A DNA stretch of 64,000 bases from Nitrospina sp. (GCA_018702695.1 JABIYR010000158.1:2541-66540); one strand, 5' to 3'. Counted from the stretch's first letter, positions 11,511 through 22,968 are shown. Numbers and translations: made by a program. Notes: generated by a model from the sequence alone, not told the origin.

Positions 11511-12812
11511 TTAAGCTCTAGAGCGAGACGCATTGGGCTTTCTGCGTACGGGTCGCCTTGCATTGCCCGGTCGATTGCCCGAATTTCTATGGGAACTTGC
11601 TTTTTTAGGCGGTCCACGCCGTTTTCTCATCGGAGGCTTGCCTTCTTTTTCTTCCAGAAATAATTCTTCCTCAGGCCAAGAAACCGGAATTTTACTCTTC
11701 AAGTAGTCTTCAACGCGCTCCAAATGCTGAGCAAACTCTTCACAGCATAAAGTGATCGCTGTGCCCTTGTTGCCAGCTCGCGCGGTTCTGCCTATACGAT
11801 GCACATAGTCTTCGGCATCCTGCGGCAGGTCATAATTGATGACATGCGTGATATCGTCGATATGTAGTCCTCGCGATGCGACATCGGTGGCGATGAGGAT
11901 ATCAAGCTCGCCGTCCTGAAATTTTTCTAGCACCCGAATGCGGGCTTTCTGCGCCAGATCGCCACTGATCTGCCCAGAGTTGAAACCGTTATGGTTCAAC
12001 TTCCATTCGAGAATCTCAGCCTCTATTTTGGTGTTACAGAAAATAAGGACTTTCTTCCCAGCCTCTTGTTTCATCAAACCCAGAAGCAGGTTGAATTTTT
12101 CGTGTTGCCCGACATGATACAGCACTTGCTTGATGGCATCGACCACGGCCTTTTCAGGCTCGATGGCTACTCGAACGGGATTGTTCATGTGCTCGTAACA
12201 TAATTCCATGACCCGATGGTTGAGCGTTGCCGAAAATAACATCGACTGGCGTTTGTCATAGGCTGAACAGCTACGGAATAAATAACGCAGATCGGCAATG
12301 AAACCCATGTCAAACATGCGGTCAGCTTCATCGACTACCAATACCTCGATGCGTTTCAAACTAAAGAATTTTTGTTTATAGAAATCGATCAAGCGACCTG
12401 GCGTGGCGATGAGAATGTCCACCCCGGCTTTGATTTGATTTTTTTGTTTTTCATAATCTACGCCACCAATTACGCAAACGGTTTTGAGTCCGCAATGTTT
12501 GCCGAGAAGCAGAGCATCCTTTTCGATTTGTCTGGCTAACTCACGTGTGGGGGCAATGACCAACGCCCGAGGCCCTTCTTTACCTGTTGGAGCTGGCGAA
12601 GGATTGTTCTCCAGAAGCCGAGTTAGAAGAGTAATTAAAAATGCGGCGGTTTTCCCTGTTCCCGTCTGAGCTTGTCCGGCTAAATCTTTTTTAGCGAGGG
12701 TAATTGGCAGAGACTTGCTTTGGATGGGAGTGCAGATGTCAAATTTGGCATCCCGGATACCTTGTAAAACTTGTTCTGGCAAAGGCAGGGATTCGAAGGT
12801 CAATAGTTCCAA
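11511..12812 (-). CDS. DEAD-box ATP-dependent RNA helicase with basic C-terminal tail
   Basis: 433 aa. Q-motif region, AQTGTGKT, VVDEADRMFD, SAT and HRIGRTARAG are present, followed by an Arg/Lys-rich tail. Confidence 0.93.
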   Translation of the reverse strand: MELLTFESLPLPEQVLQGIRDAKFDICTPIQSKSLPITLAKKDLAGQAQTGTGKTAAFLITLLTRLLENNPSPAPTGKEGPRALVIAPTRELARQIEKDALLLGKHCGLKTVCVIGGVDYEKQKNQIKAGVDILIATPGRLIDFYKQKFFSLKRIEVLVVDEADRMFDMGFIADLRYLFRSCSAYDKRQSMLFSATLNHRVMELCYEHMNNPVRVAIEPEKAVVDAIKQVLYHVGQHEKFNLLLGLMKQEAGKKVLIFCNTKIEAEILEWKLNHNGFNSGQISGDLAQKARIRVLEKFQDGELDILIATDVASRGLHIDDITHVINYDLPQDAEDYVHRIGRTARAGNKGTAITLCCEEFAQHLERVEDYLKSKIPVSWPEEELFLEEKEGKPPMRKRRGPPKKASSHRNSGNRPGNARRPVRRKPNASRSRA

Positions 12813-12951
12813 TAGGTACTCCAGGTGGGCAAATCTCGTATCCGTATGCGGGAGATAAAGCCTTTGTTTACAGGTGATTAAGAATATTCGTAGAAGTTCC
12901 TGTTTATTATGAAGGCGTTACCCTCGATTTGCAACTCTAATCTCATTTTTC

Positions 12952-12981
12952 TTGACTTTTTAGGGGCGGAAATGGTTAAAT
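12952..12981 (+). promoter_or_regulatory. candidate sigma70-type promoter upstream of sdhA
   Basis: TTGACT (12952-12957), 18-nt spacer, TTAAAT (12976-12981). This would give a ~200-nt leader. The spacer is suboptimal. Confidence 0.25.
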
Positions 12982-13191
12982 CGGCCTTCAATTTTTGTTC
13001 CTGCATATCCCCCGGTTGCAAGCTTATTTGTGCGTGATTTAGAGAGAAATTCTTTGATTCTGCTTGTTATTTTGATGGTTATGTCGGGGCAGTGGGCGGA
13101 TTCAGTTCGCACGAATGAGTGATTCTTTTTAACGAACGGTAGATTCGTTTTGAATGAACTACGGGGACGTTCCCCGTTATGAGGTGATTTT

Positions 13192-14901
13192 GTGATTCAA
13201 CATGATGTAGTGATTGTCGGAGCGGGGCTCGCTGGGATGCGTTGCGCCCTAGAAGTGTGTAAGGACATGGACGTTGGCGTGTTGACCAAGGTGTATCCCT
13301 CCCGGTCTCATTCTGGTGCCGCACAGGGGGGTATTGCTGCTTCTCTAGGGAATGTAGAATCAGACAGCTGGGAAGAGCATATGTATGACACCATCAAGGG
13401 TGGTGACTTTCTCAACGATCAGGATGCCGTCGAAGAATATGTGAAGGCGGCCCCGAATGTGATTTACGAGTTAGAGCATATGGGCTGTATTTTTAGCCGT
13501 ACGGCTGATGGAAAGATTGCTCAACGTAGTTTTGGCGGACATTCCAAACCGCGTGCTTGTTTTTCTGCCGACCGAACTGGTCATGCTATCTTGCACGCAC
13601 TTCATGAACAGCTCATGAAGAACTCGAAATCTGTAAAAATATATAATGAGTGGTATATGCACTCGTTGATTGTCGAAGACGGCCGTTGCAATGGCGTGGT
13701 GGTCAGCAATATCCAGACCGGAGAGGTGGAAGTGATTCAAGCCAAGGCTGTAGTTTTTGCTACAGGTGGCTATGGTCGAGTATACAATATCACCTCCAAT
13801 GCTTTTGCTGGCACAGCCGATGGAGGCATGGCGGCATTTGAGGCGGGCATTCCTCTGGAAGACACAGAGTTCGTTCAGTTTCACCCTTCAGGGCTTTATC
13901 GTCAGGGAATTTTATTTTCTGAGGCGGCACGTGGAGAAGGCGGTTATTTGCTCAACGGCAAAGGCGAACGCTTCATGGAAAAATATGCGCCGTCGCGCAT
14001 GGAGTTGGCCCCACGAGATATTGTGGCTCGCGCCGAGCAGAGCGAAATCAATGCCGGACGCGGAGTCGATGGTAAAGACATCATTCATCTGGATCTGCGT
14101 CACTTGGGTAAAGATAGAATCATGGAACGTTTGCCGCAAATCCGGCAGTTGGGCATCGATTTCATTGGTGTGGATTGCATCACAGACTGTTTGCCGATTC
14201 AACCGACCGCACATTATTCAATGGGTGGCATTCCGACTGATAAATATAGTCACGTTATTCTTGATGAACAAGGCACACGACTGAACGGTTTTTTTGCCGC
14301 CGGAGAATGTGCCTGCGTCTCAGTGCATGGCGGAAACCGGTTGGGAACAAATTCCCTTCTGGATGCGGTGGTATTTGGAGAACGTGCGGGCAAATCGGTG
14401 CTTGATTATGCCTTAAACATTGACTATGCAGACGTTAACGAAGGCCAGGAAAAAGCCCGAGTCCTGAAGAAAATTGAAGATGTATTTCAAAGGGATGGGT
14501 CAGAATGTTATGAAGACATTCGCAATGAAATGAAAAAGATAATGATGAGCCATTGCGGGGTTTTTCGTGATGAAGAAAAACTCAAGGTCTGTATTGATAC
14601 TTTGAAAGACCTGCAAGAAAGATATAAGAAGGGTAAAGTTACCGACAAGGGCAAGCTCTTCAATACAGAAATTTATGAAATTATAGAACTGGGAAATATG
14701 CTGAGCATGGCGCAGGTTATCGCTTTCGCCGCTTTGCACAGACAAGAGAGCCGGGGCGGACATTTCCGCACCGATTTCCCGAAACGGGATGATGAAAAAT
14801 TTCTCCATCATTCCATGGTCTATGGCTCCCCAGACGGCATGATTGTTAAGAAAAAACCCGTGGTGATCACCAAACATCAACCCGCAGAGAGAACTTATTA
14901 A
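13192..14901 (+). CDS. sdhA: succinate dehydrogenase / fumarate reductase flavoprotein subunit
   Basis: 569 aa from a GTG start preceded by GAGGTG. FAD dinucleotide fold is [15 protein letters not shown] and the covalent-FAD His context is [11 protein letters not shown]. The HPSG, RGEGG and active-site regions are present. No twin-arginine signal. Confidence 0.95.
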   Translation: MIQHDVVIVGAGLAGMRCALEVCKDMDVGVLTKVYPSRSHSGAAQGGIAASLGNVESDSWEEHMYDTIKGGDFLNDQDAVEEYVKAAPNVIYELEHMGCIFSRTADGKIAQRSFGGHSKPRACFSADRTGHAILHALHEQLMKNSKSVKIYNEWYMHSLIVEDGRCNGVVVSNIQTGEVEVIQAKAVVFATGGYGRVYNITSNAFAGTADGGMAAFEAGIPLEDTEFVQFHPSGLYRQGILFSEAARGEGGYLLNGKGERFMEKYAPSRMELAPRDIVARAEQSEINAGRGVDGKDIIHLDLRHLGKDRIMERLPQIRQLGIDFIGVDCITDCLPIQPTAHYSMGGIPTDKYSHVILDEQGTRLNGFFAAGECACVSVHGGNRLGTNSLLDAVVFGERAGKSVLDYALNIDYADVNEGQEKARVLKKIEDVFQRDGSECYEDIRNEMKKIMMSHCGVFRDEEKLKVCIDTLKDLQERYKKGKVTDKGKLFNTEIYEIIELGNMLSMAQVIAFAALHRQESRGGHFRTDFPKRDDEKFLHHSMVYGSPDGMIVKKKPVVITKHQPAERTY

Positions 14902-15842
14902 TGGCGACTTTTAGGATCAAGCGATTTAATCCGGAAAAACAACCGGAACCCTATTTTGAGGAATTTCAACTAGACATTCCTGCGGGCGCGACTCTTCTGG
15001 ATTGCATGAACCAGATTAAATGGACTCTCGATGGAAGCTTGACTTACCGAATGTCCTGCCGAAGTGCGATCTGCGGATCGTGTGCGATCAAGGCAAACGG
15101 TCATGCTATTTTGGCTTGCCAACGACAGGGTGCGCATTTGGTAGATAATAATGACACTGTCACGTTGGAACCATTGGGTAATATGAAGCCCATTAAAGAT
15201 TTGGTGGTCGACTTTACTCCGTTTTGGGACAAAATCAATAAGATCAAACCTTATCTTGAACCGAAAGAAGCACCGCCGGAAAAAGAACGACTGCAATCTC
15301 AGGAAGACTTTAAACTGATTGATGATTCCAGTACCTGCATCATGTGCGGGGCCTGCTATTCCGACTGTAATGTCCTAGAAGTGGATGACAATTTTCTCGG
15401 GCCTGCAGCGCTTGCCAAAGCTCAGAGGTTCATCAGTGATTCGCGCGACTCTCAAACTCTGGAACGGGTGAAAGAGATCAGTGAACCCGGCGGCATTTGG
15501 GATTGCACCCACTGCGGTGAATGTGTAGAGCGTTGCCCGAAACCGGCGCGTCCATTTGACCGAATCAAGGAAGTCATGACCGTTGCTTTGAAAGAAGGCG
15601 TACACAATAACAACGGAGCCCGACACGCGTTATCCTTTTTCAACTCGGTTAAAAGAAGCGGCAACCTGAATGAGAACAGGATTCCTGTTGAGTCGATGGG
15701 TTTTTTCAATATTCCCGGCTTGCTCAGTTTGCTACCGATCGGGTTGAGAATGTTTTTAAAAGGAAAAGTTCCGCCAGTCATTCATCATTCCATTGAAGAA
15801 GTGGATGATGTTAAACGAATTTTCAAGGAGTTGGATAAATGA
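14901..15842 (+). CDS. sdhB: succinate dehydrogenase / fumarate reductase iron-sulfur subunit (long form)
   Basis: 313 aa. Its ATG overlaps the sdhA TAA (TAATG). Cys clusters are CRSAICGSC...[12 protein letters not shown] and [13 protein letters not shown] ~70-aa C-terminal extension is present. Confidence 0.93.
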   Translation: MATFRIKRFNPEKQPEPYFEEFQLDIPAGATLLDCMNQIKWTLDGSLTYRMSCRSAICGSCAIKANGHAILACQRQGAHLVDNNDTVTLEPLGNMKPIKDLVVDFTPFWDKINKIKPYLEPKEAPPEKERLQSQEDFKLIDDSSTCIMCGACYSDCNVLEVDDNFLGPAALAKAQRFISDSRDSQTLERVKEISEPGGIWDCTHCGECVERCPKPARPFDRIKEVMTVALKEGVHNNNGARHALSFFNSVKRSGNLNENRIPVESMGFFNIPGLLSLLPIGLRMFLKGKVPPVIHHSIEEVDDVKRIFKELDK

Positions 15843-16717
15843 AGTTTGCCCTGTTTACCGGATGTGTTGCCAAAGGGGCGACTCGCGAATTGATGCTTTC
15901 CACCACCAAGGCCGCTGAAGGTCTGGGTTTTGAATTTATAGAAATGAAGAGCGCTTCCTGCTGTGGTGCTGGGGTGGTTTCAGAAAAAAATCCCTTGATT
16001 GCCGATGCACTCAATGCACGGTCATTTTCAATTGCTGAAAAACAAGGGTTGGATATTGTCACCATCTGCTCAACTTGCCAAGGCACATTGCGAAAAACCG
16101 AAGTTCACCTTAACGAAGATGCCGAATATAAAAAGAAGGTCAACGACATTCTCGAAGACGGGGGACATCAATATAGCGGTAAAACACGCATCAAACATTT
16201 TGCCAATATCCTCGCTACCGAAGAAGGCATGGCAAGGTTGAAAGAGCGCGTCAAACGACCTCTGACAGGGTTAAAAGTCGCCGCCTTTTACGGTTGTTAT
16301 GTTTTACGTCCTTCAGAAAATTCAGACTTTGAGAACCCTGATAACCCGACTGAGATGGAAGATATCTTTACCGCATTGGGTGCGACTCCGGTTTACTACC
16401 CTAGCCGCACTAAATGTTGCGGGTTCCCCATTGTCATGATGAATAAAAAAGCATCGTTAGAAATGTCTGGTAATGCCCTGCAAGATGCGATCGATAGTGG
16501 CGCGAATGTGATGGCGACGGGGTGTCCACTCTGTCATTTGAGCCTCGATTCTTATCAACCTGAAATCGAACTCCTACAAAAAACAAACAGCTCTCTCCCG
16601 GTTTTGCATTTGCCCCAACTGGTTGCCCTAGCACTGGGCTATTCCCCCGATGAGCTTGGCATGAACAAACACATCGTCTCCACTCTAAAAATTAACGAGA
16701 TTTTAGCCGCACACTAA
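15839..16717 (+). CDS. CCG-domain (HdrB-like) subunit, SdhE/MfrE-type third subunit of non-classical SDH/FRD
   Basis: 292 aa. It overlaps the sdhB stop by 4 nt (ATGA). Two cysteine-rich CCG motifs are present (SCCGAGV; KCCGFPIV) plus GCPLCH. No TM helices. Confidence 0.8.
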   Translation: MKFALFTGCVAKGATRELMLSTTKAAEGLGFEFIEMKSASCCGAGVVSEKNPLIADALNARSFSIAEKQGLDIVTICSTCQGTLRKTEVHLNEDAEYKKKVNDILEDGGHQYSGKTRIKHFANILATEEGMARLKERVKRPLTGLKVAAFYGCYVLRPSENSDFENPDNPTEMEDIFTALGATPVYYPSRTKCCGFPIVMMNKKASLEMSGNALQDAIDSGANVMATGCPLCHLSLDSYQPEIELLQKTNSSLPVLHLPQLVALALGYSPDELGMNKHIVSTLKINEILAAH

Positions 16718-17037
16718 TCATTAGGCGTACCAATCGACCCCATGTGGGCATGAAGTCCGCGAAAGAATATAATTCGGCAGTTTCTCACTGCCGACGAAAA
16801 TGATTCACTAGTATCCATCGATGGCTCCTGAAAACAGCCAAAAAGCGAAGTCATGCTGAGCCTGTCAAAGCACCCAGCTTTGAGTCTAGGCAAAATTCTG
16901 ATTGAAAAAGAAGGGGTCATCGAGATTCTTCCTGAAACCTTTATTCCACCTGTAGTTCCTAGCTGAGGTCGGTTGTGAAGTGTCTCCAGACGGGTTAAAA
17001 TCTTTCCGTTAATCTTATTAGAGGCGATCAGTTTTTA

Positions 17038-18579
17038 GTGGCAACTTCTTTCAAAAAACAAATTCTAGTCTTATTGACTGGCGTTGCTGTATTCAATCTC
17101 ATTCTTCTTCTCCCCCCTCCCGAAGGGTTGAGCGAGACTGGGCAACGCATGCTTGCTGTGACCCTGCTCATGGCGATATTGTGGATTGGCGAAGGCACTT
17201 CGTTAGCAGTGACGGCCCTTTTACCTTTGGTGTTGTTTCCGCTATTTGGTATCTTGCCGAGTAAGCTTGTCGCGCTCAATTACTCTAATCATCTTATCTT
17301 TTTATTTCTTGGCGGATTCATGATCGCTATGGCTATGGAAAAATGGAATTTCCATAAGCGTCTGGCATTGTGGATTATCTCTTTGGTGGGAACGGAACCG
17401 CAACGCATCATTTTGGGTTTCATGGTCGCAACGGCCTTTCTCTCTATGTGGATCTCCAATACGGCATCGACGATGATGATGCTCCCGGTTGCGATGGCGG
17501 TGGTGCGGCAAATTGCTCTCGATGCTTCTTTAAACGGTGAGAAAAATACTGTAACGCGTGAAACGATTGAGAAAGGGTTGGGTTTGGTGCTGATGCTGGG
17601 CCTTGCATACTCTGCCAGCATTGGCGGAGTGGGCACTCTCATTGGCACGGCACCGAATATTGTGTTTGCCGGGCTTTATAAAAATATGTTTCCCGATAAC
17701 CCTGAAATCTCATTTTTTGATTGGATGGTGCTGGCGATTCCTATCGTAATGGTTTTCATACCATTGGTATGGGTGTATTTATGTCGGTTCGTATCTCCTC
17801 TTCCGCTGAAAAATATTTCTGCTGGAAGCCATGAAATCATTCAGCGAGAATTGGAGGATCTGGGACCCATCAATCGAGCTGAAAAAATTGTGGCGATGGT
17901 TTTCTGCCTCACTGCATTTTTATGGATTTTTCGCCAACCTATTTCGATGGGAGTTTTTACCCTCCCCGGTTGGTCTGGTCTTTTTGAACAGGCAAAATAT
18001 TTACACGATTCGACCGTGGCCATGGCGATGGGTATCTTGCTGTGTCTAATTCCGGTGAATGGCACTCAAGGCATGGAACTGAATGGCAAGAGAGAGTGGT
18101 TTATTTTAGATTGGCAAACCGTGCAGTCAAAAACTCCGTGGGGAATCTTGATTCTTTTCGGCGGCGGTTTTGCGTTGGCATCTGGCTTTGGGGCGACGGG
18201 CCTTGATAATTGGATTGGCAGTAAGCTCACCCATCTAGCGGGCATGCCATTGTGGATGGTGGTGCTGAGTATTTGTCTGTCGGTGACATTTTTAACCGAA
18301 TTGACATCGAACACGGCGACCACAACGATGATATTGCCTATTCTTGCGATGGCGGCGGTCGCGGCGTCGGTGCACCCGTTATTGTTTATGATTCCAGCTA
18401 CGTTGTCTGCATCGTTTGCATTTATGTTGCCGGTAGCGACTCCGCCCAACGCCATTGTGTTTGGCAGTGGTTGGGTCAGCATTCCCAAAATGTCACGTGC
18501 GGGTTTGTTTCTCAATCTGTTAGGTGCAAGTATTGTGACAGGGGTTGTTTTGTTTTTGGTGGGTCGCCTGATGGCCTAA
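17038..18579 (+). CDS. DASS / SLC13-family sodium-coupled anion (di/tricarboxylate or sulfate) symporter
   Basis: 513 aa polytopic membrane protein with the duplicated SNT hairpin motifs (WISNTASTMMMLP and ELTSNTATTTMILP) characteristic of DASS transporters. Confidence 0.85.
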   Translation: MATSFKKQILVLLTGVAVFNLILLLPPPEGLSETGQRMLAVTLLMAILWIGEGTSLAVTALLPLVLFPLFGILPSKLVALNYSNHLIFLFLGGFMIAMAMEKWNFHKRLALWIISLVGTEPQRIILGFMVATAFLSMWISNTASTMMMLPVAMAVVRQIALDASLNGEKNTVTRETIEKGLGLVLMLGLAYSASIGGVGTLIGTAPNIVFAGLYKNMFPDNPEISFFDWMVLAIPIVMVFIPLVWVYLCRFVSPLPLKNISAGSHEIIQRELEDLGPINRAEKIVAMVFCLTAFLWIFRQPISMGVFTLPGWSGLFEQAKYLHDSTVAMAMGILLCLIPVNGTQGMELNGKREWFILDWQTVQSKTPWGILILFGGGFALASGFGATGLDNWIGSKLTHLAGMPLWMVVLSICLSVTFLTELTSNTATTTMILPILAMAAVAASVHPLLFMIPATLSASFAFMLPVATPPNAIVFGSGWVSIPKMSRAGLFLNLLGASIVTGVVLFLVGRLMA

Positions 18580-18760
18580 GTGGTCTTTTCTTATTTTTAC
18601 AGGTCTGACTTATCAGGCCGGGCGATATGGTTGTAATAGATTGAATTTTATTGGGTAAAATGCGACTCGACGGTTTGAGCTGGAGCCGGGTGACATTGAA
18701 ATTTCTGTTCCTTTCTTCGATGGTTGATTTAACACAGGCAAACTGGTATCTAATGACTGC

Positions 18761-21700
18761 ATGAAACCTTCCAATTTTGTACATCTGCATTTGCACACTT
18801 CCTATAGTTTGCAAGACTCTTCAATTCGACATTCGGCCTTATTTAAAAAGGCAGAAGAGTTTGGCATGCCAGCGGTTGCCATGACGGACCATGGCAATAT
18901 GTTTGGTGCGGTGGAGTTTTATAATGCCGCCCGCAAACGCGGTATCAAGCCGATACTTGGATGTGAGGTGTATGTCGCACCGGGCAGTCGACACGATAAA
19001 ACGTCGAAAGAAAATCTCCGCGATGCGTCGTATCACCTCATTTTACTTTCTGAAAGTGAGAAAGGTTATAAAAACCTTTTAAAGCTAGTGACCAAGGGAT
19101 ATCTGGAAGGCTTTTATTATAAGCCACGCATTGACAAGGAACTGTTGGCGGAACATTCGGAAGGGTTGATCGCTTTAAGCTCCTGTGTGCGCGGTGAGGT
19201 GGCTCACAATGTCAACCGAGAGAATGTTCCACGGGCGATCAAAGTTGCCAGCCAATATGCTGAGATCATGGGAGAGGGGAATTTCTTCCTTGAGTTGCAA
19301 AACCACCAGCTTGAAAATCAGGATCGGATCAATAAGGAATTGGTCGGCATTGGTAAAAAATTAAGCCTTCCCATAGTGGCCACCAACAATTGTCACTATA
19401 TTGATCGCGAAGATTTTCGTGCGCATGAAATTCTATTGTGTTTGCAGACGGGTAAAACCATTAACGACCCGTATCGCATGCAGTATCCCAAAGATGAGTT
19501 TTATTTTAAATCTCCGAAGGAGATGATTGCCTTATTTAAGGAGACCCCGGAAGCGATTGAGAATACTTTGAAGATTGCCGAACGTTGTGATGTGGAGCTG
19601 GAGTTTGGCAAACTCAATTTACCGGAGTACCCGATTCCTGAATCTTATACGCTTGAAACCTATCTCGATGAGCGTTCGCGAGAGGGCCTGCAAAAACGAT
19701 TTAAAGAGTTGACGCAACGTAAAGTAGCTTTTGACCAGGAAACTTATATCAAACGCTTGGATCGGGAACTGGGTATCATCAACAAGATGGGCTATCCCGG
19801 TTATTTTTTAATTGTGTGGGACTTTATTCACTACGCCAAGAATAATGGCATTCCGGTTGGACCCGGTCGTGGTTCGGCGGCAGGCAGTGTGGTGGCCTAT
19901 GCACTGGAAATCACTGATATCGATCCTTTGCAATACGATCTTTTGTTTGAGCGATTCTTGAACCCAGAGCGGGTCAGCATGCCGGATATTGATATCGACT
20001 TTTGCATGGACGGGCGCGATGAGGTAATCAAATATGTCACCGAAAAATATGGTGGCAATCAAAATGTAACGCAGATCATTACATTCGGGAGTATGAATGC
20101 GAAGGGAGTGCTTCGTGATGTGGGACGGGTTCTGGACATGACCTATGGTGAAGTTGATAAGTTAGCGAAGTTGGTTCCCAACAAGTTAAATGTCACCCTC
20201 GATGATGCGTTTAAAGAGGAACCCCAGTTTGAGAAACTGCGCAAGGAGAACAAACAGGTTGCTGAACTGCTGGACATCGCTAAAAATCTGGAAGGTTTGC
20301 AACGTCATTGCTCGACTCATGCGGCGGGAGTGGTCATTTCATCTAGAGCTTTGACGGATTTTTGTCCGCTTTACAAAGGCGGTAACGATGATGTGGTGAC
20401 TCAGTATGCAATGGGCAGTGTGGAAATGCTCGGACTGTTGAAGATGGATTTTCTTGGGCTGAGAACTTTGACGGTGATCGACAATGCCTTGAAAATGATG
20501 AAAAAGTCGCAAGATGTCGAGCTGGATATCGGTGGCATTCCTTTAAACGACCCGGCTACCTACAAGCTTCTTTGTGATGCCAAAACGCTGGGTGTTTTCC
20601 AGTTGGAAAGCTCAGGCATGCGTGACTTGCTTAAAAAATTAAAACCAGATTGTTTTGAAGACATCATTGCATTGTTGGCTATGTATCGGCCCGGCCCTCT
20701 GGAAAGTGGCATGGTGGATGATTACGTCAAGCGTAAACACGGAACGATGCAGGCCAAATATGAGTTGCCGGAGTTGGAGGCCATACTCAAAGAAACCAAT
20801 GGCGTGATTCTGTATCAGGAACAGGTCATGAAAATTGCCAGTGTGCTGGCAGGTTTCACTTTGGGAGATGCTGACTTATTACGTAGAGCGATGGGAAAGA
20901 AAAAAGCCGAGGAGATGGCGGCCCAGCGTGAAAAATTTATGCAGGGTGCGAAAGATAAAAAATTCGATGCAAAAAAATCTGAAAAGATTTTTGACCTGAT
21001 GGAAAAATTTGCCGGCTATGGTTTTAATAAATCACACAGTGCGGCGTATGCACAGATTTCTTACCAGACGGCTTATTTGAAGGCGCATTACCCATTAGAA
21101 TTTTTTGGGGCTTTAATCACCAGTGATATGGATAATACGGATAAGGTGTTGCGCTATATCCATGATTGTCGGGAAATGAAAATTTTGGTGCAACCCCCGG
21201 ATATAAATATGAGTCACCGTGATTTTTCGGTCAGCGAAAACAAATTAGTATTCGGTCTTGGAGCCATTAAAAATGTCGGTGGTAAAGCCATTGATAATAT
21301 CATCGAGGCCCGGACCGGATTGAGGGAATTTACATCGCTGGAAGAATTATGCGAAAACGTTGACATGCAGTTGGTCAATAAACGTGTGTTTGAAAGTCTC
21401 ATTAAAAGTGGAGCTTGCGACTCATTGAGCCCTAGCCGAGCTGGCATGATGCATGAACTGCAGTCGTGTATGGAGCGCGGGCAGGGTAAACAAAGAGATA
21501 AACAATTGGGGCAGTCGAGCATGTTCGACTCATTTGAAGGCGATAGCAAGCAGGAGAAAACCTCTGCCGTTGCAGTGGATGAGTGGGACGATGCTGACCG
21601 ACTGCGGCTAGAAAAAGAAAGTATTGGATTTTACATCACGGGTCATCCTCTGGACGGATTCACCCGTGAATTGTCTTGGTTCACCGATGCAACCTCAGCT

Positions 21701-22222
21701 TCTGTTGCCGAATCCAGAAATGGCAAGCCGGTGACCCTGGCCGGAATCCCGATCAAACATCTTCCAAAAACCACTCGTAAAGGCGACAAGATGGGTATCA
21801 TCACCCTGGAAGATTTGCAGGGTTCGGTTGAGGTGATTTTATGGCCCGAAATTTATAGTCTGGCTTTGGAGCTTTTATTGGCAGAAGAGCCTTTGCTGGT
21901 AAAGGGGGAGGTGGATTCTGAAGGGACAATGCCAAAAGTGATAGCGAATTCGGTTTTTCCGCTTTCACAGGCGAAACAGCATTTTCATGGTCGAGTTCTG
22001 ATTCATTTCCGGACATTGGGGTTGGAGCGTCACACTCTGGAAGCGGTGAAAGAAATTCTCGCTTCGCACCCGGGGACGAATGATACACGACTGCATTTTA
22101 TCTTTCCGGATGAAAAAGAGCGTGTGGTGACGGTGGCAAATGAACTGCGTATTCAACCCTCAGATGATGTGATTGCGCAAATTGAAGAACTTCTGGGTGA
22201 AGGCGCAATTATATTTGAATAA
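18761..22222 (+). CDS. dnaE: DNA polymerase III alpha subunit
   Basis: 1153 aa with an N-terminal PHP domain (FVHLHLHTSYSLQDS) and the palm/fingers motifs. It also has the GYGFNKSHSAAYA motif and a C-terminal OB fold. Confidence 0.97.
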   Translation: MKPSNFVHLHLHTSYSLQDSSIRHSALFKKAEEFGMPAVAMTDHGNMFGAVEFYNAARKRGIKPILGCEVYVAPGSRHDKTSKENLRDASYHLILLSESEKGYKNLLKLVTKGYLEGFYYKPRIDKELLAEHSEGLIALSSCVRGEVAHNVNRENVPRAIKVASQYAEIMGEGNFFLELQNHQLENQDRINKELVGIGKKLSLPIVATNNCHYIDREDFRAHEILLCLQTGKTINDPYRMQYPKDEFYFKSPKEMIALFKETPEAIENTLKIAERCDVELEFGKLNLPEYPIPESYTLETYLDERSREGLQKRFKELTQRKVAFDQETYIKRLDRELGIINKMGYPGYFLIVWDFIHYAKNNGIPVGPGRGSAAGSVVAYALEITDIDPLQYDLLFERFLNPERVSMPDIDIDFCMDGRDEVIKYVTEKYGGNQNVTQIITFGSMNAKGVLRDVGRVLDMTYGEVDKLAKLVPNKLNVTLDDAFKEEPQFEKLRKENKQVAELLDIAKNLEGLQRHCSTHAAGVVISSRALTDFCPLYKGGNDDVVTQYAMGSVEMLGLLKMDFLGLRTLTVIDNALKMMKKSQDVELDIGGIPLNDPATYKLLCDAKTLGVFQLESSGMRDLLKKLKPDCFEDIIALLAMYRPGPLESGMVDDYVKRKHGTMQAKYELPELEAILKETNGVILYQEQVMKIASVLAGFTLGDADLLRRAMGKKKAEEMAAQREKFMQGAKDKKFDAKKSEKIFDLMEKFAGYGFNKSHSAAYAQISYQTAYLKAHYPLEFFGALITSDMDNTDKVLRYIHDCREMKILVQPPDINMSHRDFSVSENKLVFGLGAIKNVGGKAIDNIIEARTGLREFTSLEELCENVDMQLVNKRVFESLIKSGACDSLSPSRAGMMHELQSCMERGQGKQRDKQLGQSSMFDSFEGDSKQEKTSAVAVDEWDDADRLRLEKESIGFYITGHPLDGFTRELSWFTDATSASVAESRNGKPVTLAGIPIKHLPKTTRKGDKMGIITLEDLQGSVEVILWPEIYSLALELLLAEEPLLVKGEVDSEGTMPKVIANSVFPLSQAKQHFHGRVLIHFRTLGLERHTLEAVKEILASHPGTNDTRLHFIFPDEKERVVTVANELRIQPSDDVIAQIEELLGEGAIIFE

Positions 22223-22249
22223 CAAGAAGATAGCGTCTGTATTTATCCA

Positions 22250-22891
22250 TTATAAATGCACTCCCGACCGAGACTGGATTTGTTTGTCTATTTCCTCAAT
22301 GAGGGTTCGGCCGGTTTCGTTCTTGGCGTGAAAGGGGATTTTTAGAAGCTCACCATTTTTAGCTTGGATCTCGAAGAGGGTGATTCTAGGTTTTCCTACT
22401 AACAGGCCGGGGACAAACAGAGCTTTTATTACCCGCGTTGAGTCGATTTCTTTCCATCGAATAGCGATGCGAGGTTGAAGCGGAAAATGCCAGCGAGAAT
22501 AATGCATGGACACTCCCTCCTTACCGAAAGTGGTGAAAAATTTGATCGGAAACAAATCGCGGACGGAAAGTAAAAGCTGAAGGGCCTTACCCAACCCCCA
22601 CAGCATAAAAATACATCCCCCTATGACCATTGCAAGTGTTGCCGGTGTTCCATGCCCGGAAAGCAAAAAAGCGACCAGAAAATAAGCCACCGACATAATA
22701 AATACAGGGATCGGGGCTAGAATGAAAAGGCTGTAGAGGCTCAAACCATAAAGCGGCAAGCCTGTCGGCAAAATCACGGTTACATCGTTTCCGGTATTCA
22801 GCAGGGTCGTGGTCTTGGGTAAATCTTCATTTTCTGTGACGAATTTCAACCCGAGGTCATAATCGGATTGCATCCACTTTATTGAGTTCAT
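22250..22891 (-). CDS. hypothetical membrane protein
   Basis: 213 aa with two central TM helices and a soluble C-terminal ~100 aa. No motif recognised. Confidence 0.45.
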   Translation of the reverse strand: MNSIKWMQSDYDLGLKFVTENEDLPKTTTLLNTGNDVTVILPTGLPLYGLSLYSLFILAPIPVFIMSVAYFLVAFLLSGHGTPATLAMVIGGCIFMLWGLGKALQLLLSVRDLFPIKFFTTFGKEGVSMHYSRWHFPLQPRIAIRWKEIDSTRVIKALFVPGLLVGKPRITLFEIQAKNGELLKIPFHAKNETGRTLIEEIDKQIQSRSGVHL

Positions 22892-22968
22892 AAGTTTTTG
22901 AAAGTTGGCTATCGGTTTGTGCGATAATGTAGTTTCACTTAAAAACCCTATACAATACTACAGAAAAA

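Noticed and set aside
16714-16920. 68-aa minus-strand ORF downstream of the sdh operon
   Set aside because: It has no RBS and low-complexity, odd composition. It overlaps the sdhE-like stop. It is probably non-coding spacer between the sdh and DASS genes, and contains only a weak 6-bp hairpin at 16785-16803.
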